From: Microbacterium sp.
GTDB taxonomy: Bacteria; Actinomycetota; Actinomycetes; Actinomycetales; Microbacteriaceae
Length of the DNA stretch: 45,047 bases
Direction: 5' to 3'
Assembly: GCF_035277845.1 (NCBI RefSeq)
Contig: NZ_DATEJS010000221.1
Location: forward strand, 1-45,047
The notes below the pieces were generated by a model. That model was not told where the DNA came from and did not search any database. It was given only the letters and a program-made list of their open reading frames with translations. Positions 9,279 to 17,203 of this stretch are shown piece after piece (the stretch's first letter is position 1; every line of letters begins with the position of its first letter). Both the position numbers and the translations under genes were made by a program.

Positions 9279-9593
9279 ATGCACAAGCTTCTTGTGGTCT
9301 ACCCCACCCCGACCGACCGGTCCGCGTTCGAACGTCACTACCGTCAAACGCATCTTCCGCTGGTCGGGAGACTCCCAGGTGTCCGCGACATGGAGTTCGC
9401 CCTAAACCTGGACGCCGAGGGAGGGCCGGTATACGCGATCTTCGAGGCTACGTTCCCATCCGCGGAGGCGCTCGGCGCAGCTCTAGCATCCCCTGAGGGA
9501 AGAGCGGTGCAGGAGGATGTACCCAACTACGCCACAGGCGGTGCCACCGTCCTGACGTACGCACCCGAATCCGTTCCAGCGCGCAACCCATGA
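9279..9593 (+). CDS. EthD-family protein
   Basis: 104 aa; pattern YPTPTDRSAFERHYRQTHLPLV..LPG ... ASPEG.AV..DVPNY. Confidence 0.88.
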   Translation: MHKLLVVYPTPTDRSAFERHYRQTHLPLVGRLPGVRDMEFALNLDAEGGPVYAIFEATFPSAEALGAALASPEGRAVQEDVPNYATGGATVLTYAPESVPARNP

Positions 9594-9704
9594 CAACCGC
9601 AGCACGGGCCACGAACACCCGTGCAGGGGCGACAATATGAGGTGCGGTCATCGTGAAGATGCCTTTCGAGTGGGTTGTAGGAGATTCCTCGAAGGGACAA
9701 CACG

Positions 9705-10007
9705 GTGACCGCGCCCACGTCTACGACGAGACGGGCCACCGCGAACTACACCACGTTAAGGGGCACTACTCATCCCGGATGCCTCGGCGGCACGGCGAAC
9801 ACGCTCTGGGACGGCTTCGGTGGTATCGCCCTGTACGGCATCCTGATCGCCGTTCCCGCGCTCGCCCTGCTCATCGTCGGTCTCAGCGTTGCAATCCGCG
9901 TAGGCGCGGGCAAGCCCGTGTCCACCATCCTCTGGCCACTCTGCTGGGCGGCCGGGATCAGCACCGTCGCGTATGTCGTACTGGCAGGGATGTTCTTCCA
10001 GGTCTGA
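9705..10007 (+). CDS. Small hypothetical membrane protein (possibly 5'-truncated)
   Basis: Two hydrophobic segments in the C-terminal half; start uncertain. Confidence 0.45.
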   Translation: MTAPTSTTRRATANYTTLRGTTHPGCLGGTANTLWDGFGGIALYGILIAVPALALLIVGLSVAIRVGAGKPVSTILWPLCWAAGISTVAYVVLAGMFFQV

Positions 10008-10235
10008 GGACGCGCCGGGGCCGCGAGTAGCAAGTAGCTGTGACGCGCGCCCACGGTTCGAGCACCTCCGAGCGCGGCTCGAATCCGCGACACGACTTCG
10101 AGACGGAGCACGCTAGTGAGGCGACCGATGCAGTAGCAGAGGTTATCGAGTAACAGAGACGATGCACGCAGGCACTTTGAAGTGACACTCTCCCGACCCC
10201 TTGCAATGTCTGGGATCCGGTGTAAACCAGGTTGC

Positions 10236-10568
10236 ATGACTCGAGGCAGGTACTCGAAGGCAAAGGTCGCCCGCGACGCCGCGTATCGCCGGCAACGGGA
10301 GGCCAACGAAGCGGCTAGTGCCGCGGCCGGCCAACTGGAATCAGAGTGGGGTGGCCGCGACGAGGGACTGCGCCGATTGCGGGACATCTCGCGGCAGCTC
10401 GACAGGTTTCATCGCGCCGAGAGCGCTCTGCTCCGTGAACGGGACGGCTTGGTCCGCGCATTGCGGTCGAATGACGTGTCATGGGCGATGCTCTCGACTT
10501 GGTCCGGCCTTAGCCGGCAAGCCCTCAGCAAGCGAACCTTGCCGACATCACCTGCGGATCAACCTTAA
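10236..10568 (+). CDS. Hypothetical helical protein with C-terminal HTH
   Basis: RDGLVRALRSNDVSWAMLSTWSGLSRQALSKR matches the actinobacterial 'SW..I....G.SRQA' HTH pattern. Confidence 0.65.
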   Translation: MTRGRYSKAKVARDAAYRRQREANEAASAAAGQLESEWGGRDEGLRRLRDISRQLDRFHRAESALLRERDGLVRALRSNDVSWAMLSTWSGLSRQALSKRTLPTSPADQP

Positions 10569-10573
10569 GCACG

Positions 10574-10609
10574 CTAAAGTTAATTTGATCTCGAGCCAGA
10601 CAACTTTAG
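10574..10609. promoter_or_regulatory. Inverted repeat upstream of fic (candidate operator)
   Basis: CTAAAGTT-N20-AACTTTAG in an AT-rich patch ending 10 bp before the fic ATG. Confidence 0.55.
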
Positions 10610-10619
10610 GGGTGGACCG

Positions 10620-11921
10620 ATGCCTCACTTCGTCGAACGCCTGTGGAACCCACAAGACGAGGGCCAACTCAGTCGACGGGACCGTGCCCCGGGCCGCTAC
10701 CATGCTTACGTACCGGACGAGCTCGGCACACGCCTGCCATCGATCAGCGCAGAAGCTCAGACCGCGGCAGAGGACGCCCTCGCTGTTCTTGCACGTGCAG
10801 ACGAACGCATCGGGACACGAGCTGCCTACCTCAACCACCTGCTGATCCGATCGGAGAGCATCTCCTCGTCGTGGATCGAGGGCAACCGGGTGACACCCAA
10901 GCGCCTCGCGATCGCAGAAGCACTGAACGCCGGCCCCCGCGTCGCGCTCGACGTCATCGGCAACGTGCGCGCAACCGAGGATGCGATCGCCGAGCTCGCC
11001 GATCCATCAAAGACCATCACTACACGCGACATCGAGAAACTGCAGCACGTCATCGAGCCCTCTCTCGAGGCCGGCTTGCGGACCGAGCAGAACTGGGTCG
11101 GAGGACCGGGGTGGAGTCCGCTCCGGGCCGAGTTCGTTCCCCCGCCCGAGACTGAAGTGAGACGGCTCGTCGCCGACCTCGCCGGCTTCGTCACGGAGAC
11201 AAGCGGCAACCCAGTCGTGCGAGCGGCGATCGCGCACGCCCAGTTCGAAACAATCCACCCGTTCATCGACGGCAACGGCCGCACCGGCCGCGCGCTCATC
11301 CACACGGTGCTGTACCGAGCGGATGCACTGCGCAATGTCATCATCCCGATCAGCACCGTGTTCGCCGGTGATACCGACACGTACATCGCCGGACTCACCG
11401 CTTTCCGCGCAGACCCGTCTCGACTCGGCGACTGGATCGTCGGATTTGCGCGGGCGACCGAGCTGGCTGCCGGCAACGCGGTACGCCTGGCCGATGACGT
11501 CGCGGAACTCGATGCCAGATCCCTCGACGATCTCATCGCCTTCCGGCGCGAGCAGAGCATCGCGCCGGCCGTCCCCCGCCGAGATGCGGTTGTGCTCCGC
11601 ATTCTCGCGTCACTCGCGACTGAACCCGTCCTCACCGTGGAGGGTGCCGCGAAGCGCCATGGAGTGTCCACGACAGCCGCCCACCGCGCGCTGATCGAGC
11701 TGGCGGACGCCGGCATCCTCGGCCGCACGAAGGACCAGCGCGGGCGCCTCATCTGCTGGACAGCCGACCGCCATCTCGCGCTGGTCACCCTGACCGAACG
11801 GAGCAACAGGGTCGGCGCAGGCGACACGGCTAGGCGGGCGCCGAAGGTAGGGCCGGCGGTCCCGGGCTACGATCATCTCGGCCAGCTGCGACCCCACGCT
11901 CAGACCCGAGGTCTCGGCTAG
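10620..11921 (+). CDS. Fic-domain protein, class II (N-terminal inhibitory motif), with C-terminal HTH
   Basis: Canonical HPFIDGNGRTGR (11256-11291); (S/T)xxxE(G/N) motif SSWIEG (10866-10883); wHTH-like TVEGAAKRHGVSTTAAHRALIELADAGIL. Confidence 0.95.
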   Translation: MPHFVERLWNPQDEGQLSRRDRAPGRYHAYVPDELGTRLPSISAEAQTAAEDALAVLARADERIGTRAAYLNHLLIRSESISSSWIEGNRVTPKRLAIAEALNAGPRVALDVIGNVRATEDAIAELADPSKTITTRDIEKLQHVIEPSLEAGLRTEQNWVGGPGWSPLRAEFVPPPETEVRRLVADLAGFVTETSGNPVVRAAIAHAQFETIHPFIDGNGRTGRALIHTVLYRADALRNVIIPISTVFAGDTDTYIAGLTAFRADPSRLGDWIVGFARATELAAGNAVRLADDVAELDARSLDDLIAFRREQSIAPAVPRRDAVVLRILASLATEPVLTVEGAAKRHGVSTTAAHRALIELADAGILGRTKDQRGRLICWTADRHLALVTLTERSNRVGAGDTARRAPKVGPAVPGYDHLGQLRPHAQTRGLG

Positions 11922-12047
11922 CGCGCCGAGCGAAGCATTCCCGTTCCCCTACCTCCTCACCCACGAGTTCGAGTTCGGGATCCGCGAGCCTCGGCTGCTC
12001 GTCCGAGACCACGACACGACGCATCCCAGTGCCGCGCCTGCGCGTGA

Positions 12048-12067
12048 CACATCTACTGGCACAGTTA
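12048..12067 (+). repeat. 20-bp direct repeat, copy 1 (integrase arm-site-like)
   Basis: CACATCTACTGGCACAGTTA, identical to 14316-14335. Confidence 0.85.
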
Positions 12068-12070
12068 CCT

Positions 12071-12121
12071 GTCCTGAGTCGCGACATCGTTTACGAACGA
12101 GTCGCGGCTCAGGACTTTTTT
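12071..12121 (+). terminator. Long hairpin with T-tract; alternatively an IS481-like terminal remnant
   Basis: GTCCTGAGTCGCGAC (12071-12085) versus GTCGCGGCTCAGGAC (12101-12115), 14/15 complementary; inner TCGTT/AACGA; followed by TTTTTT. Confidence 0.55.
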
Positions 12122-12226
12122 GTGGGTTAAGTGGAAAATCGGTGCGCTTTCGGGCCTGATTTCACGCCGATGTGTCCGCCCTGCCAGAGCGGGCCGCAGC
12201 TCAGGACCGGGGGGCAGGGCGCAGGC

Positions 12227-13117
12227 TCATGACGCAGGCTGAGCGAAGTGCAGGAGGAGCAGCTGCGGACGGCCGGAGACTGCGCGCGTCGCCTCAGGCA
12301 CGTATGCCATCAGAGACCATGGCCACGCCGGCCAGTCGCCGATCTCGGTGCTCGGCCTCGGCAGCGGCGAATCGTCCCAGTAGAGGGCGGGCTCCTCGCA
12401 GCCGCGCAGCTCGAGCCCGACGGCGAGCGCCGCCCGAAGATAGTCGCCGAGGGGATGCCGGAATGCCGGGGCGAGGCGGCGCTCGCCGTCGGGTCCTAGA
12501 CCCTTGATGCCCGAGCCGATCGTGGTGAGCTCGCGATGTACGTCTGAGATGAGGAGCGCGCCGCCGGGGCGCAGCACGCGGGCAAACTCGGCGAACACCG
12601 GGCCGAGATCACTCACGTGAACGAGCGCGAGTGCGCAGACGACCACATCGACCGATCGGTCGGCGAGAGGCAGCCGATCGACTGACCCCAGCTGGAACTC
12701 GCCCTCCGGGACGCGCTCGCGGGCCAGCTCGAGCATGTCCGGTGACCCGTCGACGCCGATCACGGTGTGGCCGTGGTCGGCGAGAATCCGCGCGAATCGC
12801 CCTGTGCCGCACGCGGCATCCAGGGCGACGCCGACCTCGCGGTGTGCCAGCCATTCGTTGATGATCGGCTCGTCGATCGCGAAGAGGCCACCGCCCGCAT
12901 TCGCGTCGTAGTCGGACGCCTGCTGCTGATAGCTGACGTCAGCGGCCACGCGCTCCGCGAGCACCCCGCGGTTCTGGAGTTTCCCGTCGGCGAGCAATCG
13001 GCGGATCTCGGCGACCCGGTCTTCGACGAAGGCTTGATCGTGGTCACCGGCCCATGCGTCGAGCAGAGCGGACCCTTCGATGCCGAGCAGATATGCAAGA
13101 GGGTCCTGATAGATCAC
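12227..13117 (-). CDS. Class I SAM-dependent methyltransferase
   Basis: Motif I LDAACGTG; GVDGSPDML; RVLRPGG. Confidence 0.92.
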   Translation of the reverse strand: MIYQDPLAYLLGIEGSALLDAWAGDHDQAFVEDRVAEIRRLLADGKLQNRGVLAERVAADVSYQQQASDYDANAGGGLFAIDEPIINEWLAHREVGVALDAACGTGRFARILADHGHTVIGVDGSPDMLELARERVPEGEFQLGSVDRLPLADRSVDVVVCALALVHVSDLGPVFAEFARVLRPGGALLISDVHRELTTIGSGIKGLGPDGERRLAPAFRHPLGDYLRAALAVGLELRGCEEPALYWDDSPLPRPSTEIGDWPAWPWSLMAYVPEATRAVSGRPQLLLLHFAQPAS

Positions 13118-13169
13118 GATCGAGGAGCATAGCCAGCGCCACGCGCGCAGATCAAGGCACGGCTACTCA

Positions 13170-13244
13170 GAGCATGCCGAGATCCGCCAGTTGAAGGCGG
13201 AGAACAAGCGGCTGCGGGAAGACGTCGCGATCCTGAAGCCCTGA
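13170..13244 (+). pseudogene. IS3-family transposase OrfA C-terminal (leucine zipper) fragment
   Basis: Translates to EHAEIRQLKAENKRLREDVAILKP*, the typical IS3 OrfA zipper end; no start codon and no OrfB. Confidence 0.7.
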
Positions 13245-13316
13245 GCAAGCGGACCGCTCCGATGGCGGCGGCCGGCCAGCGTTAGGGGCCCTCAAGTTGA
13301 TCGCCATCCATTGGCT

Positions 13317-13979
13317 TCATCCCGCTGCGCCACGCCGCGCCTCCTCGGTCATCTCGTCCAGCATCGTCCGCAGTGCCGCGTTCGCGCGCCCGTGCGCGTT
13401 CACGATCGCGTTCAGATCCTCGGGTCGGACCTGTGCTCGCAGATTGCGAACGGCCGCCGCTGCCTCGTTGGGCATCCCACCCTGAGCGGGCTTCATCGTC
13501 AGGTCGTAGATAGTCTGCGCCGGGGTAGTGACGAGCGCGGGCCCCAGCTCGGTCCGGTCAAGAACCGCATCGAGGCGTTCGACGTCGCGCGGGATCATGT
13601 AGACGCGGCCGCCCCGGTCCAGCTCGACCGGCGGCCGCCCTGCCTCCGGAACCGCCACCGTGGTAACGCCGATCGCACGCGGGATGGCAGCCCAATGGCG
13701 CGCAGCGCCGAGCCCCATGAGGACCGCGTTGCGGTTCCCGAAACGCGCGGTCGCGACCGCGAGGCCCGCCGCTTCGATGGTGGGACGCCACGTTCGACCG
13801 TCGCGCCCGTCCGGAGGCACCGTGTACACGCCATGAGCAAGGCGGGTAGCAGCCCCCTGCTCGGCGAGTCGGTCAACATTGCGCCACACGTTGGTGCCGA
13901 GCGCGCGAAGGTCCACATACCGCACAGTCCGCAGTGGGGCGCGCTCGATCGTCCGAACAATGTCGATGTCGGTGACCAC
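13317..13979 (-). CDS. Type IV TA AbiEi-family antitoxin (orphan)
   Basis: N-terminal wHTH (RLAEQGAATRLAHGVY), C-terminal VTTPAQTIYDL motif; strong SD AAGGAGG; no AbiEii gene follows. Confidence 0.85.
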   Translation of the reverse strand: MVTDIDIVRTIERAPLRTVRYVDLRALGTNVWRNVDRLAEQGAATRLAHGVYTVPPDGRDGRTWRPTIEAAGLAVATARFGNRNAVLMGLGAARHWAAIPRAIGVTTVAVPEAGRPPVELDRGGRVYMIPRDVERLDAVLDRTELGPALVTTPAQTIYDLTMKPAQGGMPNEAAAAVRNLRAQVRPEDLNAIVNAHGRANAALRTMLDEMTEEARRGAAG

Positions 13980-13988
13980 GAAACCTCC

Positions 13989-14033
13989 TTACTGAGAGCC
14001 AGTATACACCTGCCGTATACTAATTCTCAGTAA
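13989..14033. promoter_or_regulatory. 45-bp interrupted palindrome, candidate AbiEi operator
   Basis: TTACTGAGA-gcc-AGTATAC-acctgcc-GTATACT-aat-TCTCAGTAA directly upstream of the abiEi RBS. Confidence 0.8.
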
Positions 14034-14315
14034 ATCGATCCACTCGACCATCGCATACGACGGAAGCCGATCGCCGCGGTTCACGAAGCTGATAGCTCCC
14101 CCCTCGTGAGGCGGCGCGGCGGGACGTGAGCGAAGCACTGAACGCTCTGTGGACGCGCCCGCGGATGCCGCCGCGGTCGTCGTCGCTGTCGCCGTCACGC
14201 TGTGGCCGGCTGCACGCGGCAGACTTCGGCACCGAATTGGCGGTGACTGCCGAGGCGTTCCTCAAGCGGTCCAAGGCCGGAGCGCGAGCCGCTCCGGTAA
14301 CTGCGCCGCCGCTGG

Positions 14316-14335
14316 CACATCTACTGGCACAGTTA
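14316..14335 (+). repeat. 20-bp direct repeat, copy 2 (integrase arm-site-like)
   Basis: CACATCTACTGGCACAGTTA; in context TGGCACA-TCTAC-TGGCACA, a tandem heptamer. Confidence 0.85.
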
Positions 14336-14390
14336 ACCGCGACACACCGTGCAGATCGACGAGCGCGCAGGCTCGAGATGTTCGCACACG

Positions 14391-15272
14391 TCAGGGCTGG
14401 AGGTTTTCCAGGTCCTCGAGAAGGCTGGGATGAGTCGTCTGCCAACCGAGAGCCTCGCGGGTGTGCGCACTGGATGCGGGCTGGTCCATGGCGAAGACGG
14501 GCCCGAGGGGACCGAAGGTCTCGGTGGGTACGGGATGGACCGGAAGGGCCAGTCGACGACCGATCACGGTGGCGATGTCGCGGACGGCGACGCCCTCGTC
14601 GGCGACGGCGTGCCAGGAGGTGCCCGCGGGTGCCTTCTCGAGCGCGAGGCGGAGCAGGGTCGCCGCGTCACGTGCGTGTACAGCCGGCCACCGCTGGGTG
14701 CCGTCCCCGGGATATCCGGCGACGCCCGTGCGGCGGGCTCGTTCGGTCAGCACGCCCGCGAACCCGCCCAGGCCATCGTTGTGGACGGTGCGCGGCATCC
14801 GGACCGCGCTGGCACGCACGCCGCGCGAACCGAGATCAAGCAACGCGTTGACCGATCGGGCGCGGCCGGCGACCGGGCCATCGAGCCCGAGCGGATCGTT
14901 CTCTGTGGAGGCGCGGCCGGGCACGGACGGCGTTCCCGCGACGGTCACGATCGGCCGGTCGGTGCCGAGCAGGGCTTCACCCAGCGCCGACATGGCCGCG
15001 TCGGCCTCCGCGATGGCGGCGGCGAGTTCGTCGGGACCCGCAAAGACGCTCCCGAACGCCAGAGTGATCACGCCGTCGGACTGCGCTGCGCCTGCCCGCA
15101 GGACATCGAGGTCGGCCAGCGCGCCGCGCAGGACCCCAGCTCCTGCCTCCCTCAATGCCCGCTCGGAGCTGTCCGACCGGGCAAGTGCGAGGACGGTGTG
15201 ACCGTTGTCCTGCAGGTCGGCGACGACGGCAGAGCCGATGGTGCCGGTACCACCGGTGACAAAGACATGCAT
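14391..15272 (-). CDS. SDR-family NAD(P)-dependent oxidoreductase (atypical/epimerase-like)
   Basis: N-terminal VFVTGGTGTIGSAVV; RWPAVHARDAA motif. Confidence 0.92.
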   Translation of the reverse strand: MHVFVTGGTGTIGSAVVADLQDNGHTVLALARSDSSERALREAGAGVLRGALADLDVLRAGAAQSDGVITLAFGSVFAGPDELAAAIAEADAAMSALGEALLGTDRPIVTVAGTPSVPGRASTENDPLGLDGPVAGRARSVNALLDLGSRGVRASAVRMPRTVHNDGLGGFAGVLTERARRTGVAGYPGDGTQRWPAVHARDAATLLRLALEKAPAGTSWHAVADEGVAVRDIATVIGRRLALPVHPVPTETFGPLGPVFAMDQPASSAHTREALGWQTTHPSLLEDLENLQP

Positions 15273-15285
15273 GGTTCTCCTCGAC

Positions 15286-15345
15286 GGTGATGCAACAGGT
15301 GTCGCATCACTCTACTACACTTGATGCGACACCTGTTGCATCACC
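15286..15345. promoter_or_regulatory. Paired TetR operators (perfect 24-bp inverted repeat)
   Basis: GGTGATGCAACAGGTGTCGCATCA (15286-15309) and its exact reverse complement (15322-15345); each half is itself TGATGC-N10-GCATCA. Confidence 0.85.
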
Positions 15346-15357
15346 TAGGCTGGGAGC

Positions 15358-15936
15358 ATGGCGCGATGGGAACCTGGAGCGAAAGAGCGGCTCGTCGTCG
15401 CTGCGGTCGGCCTGTTCAGCGAGCAGGGGTACGACGCGACGACCGTTTCCCAGATCGCCGAGCGCGCCGGAGTCACGAGAAGCACGTTTCACCGTCACTT
15501 CCCCGACAAGCGGGAGGTGCTGGCCGCCGGCCAGGAGACGCTCAGCCGCCTCCTGGCCGAAGGGATCGCGGATGCCCCTCCAGCGGCCACGCCGCTCGAC
15601 GCGACGGCGGCCGGCCTGGAGCGCGCGGCGGGCGCCATGGGACCCGCGAACCACGCGCTGGGGCTTCGAATCAAGAGCGCCGTCGCGGCCAGTATCGAAC
15701 TGCAGGAACGCGATGCACTCAAGAACGTCGGACTGGCCGCATCCATGAGAGCCGCGCTGGTTGCTCGGGGAGTTCCGGAACCGACCGCCGACCTGGCCGC
15801 CGAACTCGGAGCCCTCGCCCTCAAGCGAGGCTTCGACCAATGGATAAGCACGGAGAACACCGACGCGTCGGCGCTCGTCGACTGCATGCTGACAGCCCTC
15901 GACGATCTCCGTCAGGCCATCACGATGCTCGACTGA
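15358..15936 (+). CDS. TetR-family transcriptional regulator
   Basis: LFSEQGYDATTVSQIAERAGVTRSTFHRHFPDK HTH; divergent from the SDR gene. Confidence 0.95.
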   Translation: MARWEPGAKERLVVAAVGLFSEQGYDATTVSQIAERAGVTRSTFHRHFPDKREVLAAGQETLSRLLAEGIADAPPAATPLDATAAGLERAAGAMGPANHALGLRIKSAVAASIELQERDALKNVGLAASMRAALVARGVPEPTADLAAELGALALKRGFDQWISTENTDASALVDCMLTALDDLRQAITMLD

Positions 15937-15975
15937 CGCGCCACACCCGAGCGACGCCATCGACGGGCCTGACGA

Positions 15976-16374
15976 CTAGCGTCCGGCGAAGCGCGCCTTT
16001 GCCTCTTCCGTATACGGGGCGTAGAGGTTGACGCGGTTCCCGTCGGGGTCGGCGAGCATCATGGCGCGGTTTCCCCACGGCATCGTCGTCGGCTCCTGCA
16101 GCACCTGCACCCGGTCGCCGAGGCGGTCTCGTTCCTGATCCACGTCGGGGACCTGGAACTCGAGGATCGCGCTGGTGTTGGACGCGACGGTCAATCCCGT
16201 GCCAGGGAAGAGAGGAAGCGTGGCGTCGCCGCCGATGGCGAGCGTGCCGCCGACTGTGACCAGTTCGGCGAACACAGGGCTGGGGCGTTCGAACGTCGCG
16301 CCGGTGACGAGCTCGTAGAACTCCACGAGTTCGTCGAGGCGGGCGGTGATGAGGCGTACGGAAGCGAGTTTCAT
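15976..16374 (-). CDS. VOC (glyoxalase/bleomycin-resistance) family protein
   Basis: MKLASVRLIT..., EFQVPDVD, PTTMPWGNRAMMLADPDGNRVNL. Confidence 0.92.
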   Translation of the reverse strand: MKLASVRLITARLDELVEFYELVTGATFERPSPVFAELVTVGGTLAIGGDATLPLFPGTGLTVASNTSAILEFQVPDVDQERDRLGDRVQVLQEPTTMPWGNRAMMLADPDGNRVNLYAPYTEEAKARFAGR

Positions 16375-16420
16375 GAAGGAATCCGATCGTTGGGCGCTTT
16401 GCGAAGGGAGCGCACCGCGA

Positions 16421-16448
16421 ATAATGTAAGGCACCTGATATTATCAGG
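16421..16448. promoter_or_regulatory. Candidate MarR operator
   Basis: ATAATGTAAGGCACCTGATATTAT (imperfect palindrome) overlapping CCTGATA-T-TATCAGG (16434-16448) between the divergent VOC and marR genes. Confidence 0.6.
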
Positions 16449-16471
16449 AGATCGCGGACGAAGGGGAGACC

Positions 16472-16951
16472 ATGGCTGAGGACTTCGGGCGACGGTTGCC
16501 CTACCTGCTTCGACGCGTGAACGGTGCACTGTCGCAGCGGCTGGACGATGATCTGCGCGAGTTCGCGTTGACGCAGTCCCAGCTCTCAGCACTCGCGATT
16601 CTGGACGTCGCGCAGCCCCAGGGGCTGTCCGGAGCGACCCTCAGCGCGCGATCGGGGGTGACTCCGCAATCGATGTCTGCGGCAATCGCCGGTCTGCTGG
16701 AACGCGGCTTGATCAGTCGCTCTCCCCACCCCGAGCACGGCAGGATCCTGGAGTGCCGGATCACACCCGAGGGCACCGCCATCCTTCAGCAGGTTCAGCA
16801 GGCCACCCGAGACAGCACCCGCTACGACGGGGGCCTCAATCCGTCGCAGCAGGAAACACTCCGCGAGCTGCTGACAGTGATGATGCGCTCTCTCGACCTT
16901 TACCTTCCCGACGGCGGGGCGGATGGGACGGGCCCCGCGCCGCCTACTTGA
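16472..16951 (+). CDS. MarR-family transcriptional regulator
   Basis: LTQSQLSAL..., LSARSGVTPQSMSAAIAGLLERGLISR..HPEHGR....ITPEG. Confidence 0.92.
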   Translation: MAEDFGRRLPYLLRRVNGALSQRLDDDLREFALTQSQLSALAILDVAQPQGLSGATLSARSGVTPQSMSAAIAGLLERGLISRSPHPEHGRILECRITPEGTAILQQVQQATRDSTRYDGGLNPSQQETLRELLTVMMRSLDLYLPDGGADGTGPAPPT

Positions 16952-17148
16952 ACCACCTGCTGATCCGGTCAGAGAGCATCTCCTCATCGTGGATCGAGGG
17001 CTACATCGCGGGGCTCACCACCTTTCGGCCCCCCCGACCCGACGAATGGATCACGGGATTCGCGCAGGCCGCCGGACTCGCCGCGGCCAACGCGGCGCGC
17101 CTCGCCGAGGACGTCGCCGCCCTCGACGCCAAGACCCTCGACGATCTC
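16936..17148 (+). pseudogene. Internally deleted fic paralog fragment
   Basis: RAAYLNHLLIRSESISSSWIEG (16936-17001; same peptide as 10818-10883) joined in frame to YIAGLTTFR...AEDVAALDAKTLDDL (17002-17148; similar to 11382-11534). Confidence 0.88.
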
Positions 17149-17203
17149 GGCGAAGGTGGCCGCAGCCAGCACGGATTAGTGGTCGTCGACGATCTGCCAT
17201 GCT

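Noticed and set aside
14126-14315. Possible integrase C-terminal relic before repeat copy 2
   Set aside because: No HxxR, LGH or catalytic Tyr motif is recoverable without assuming frameshifts.
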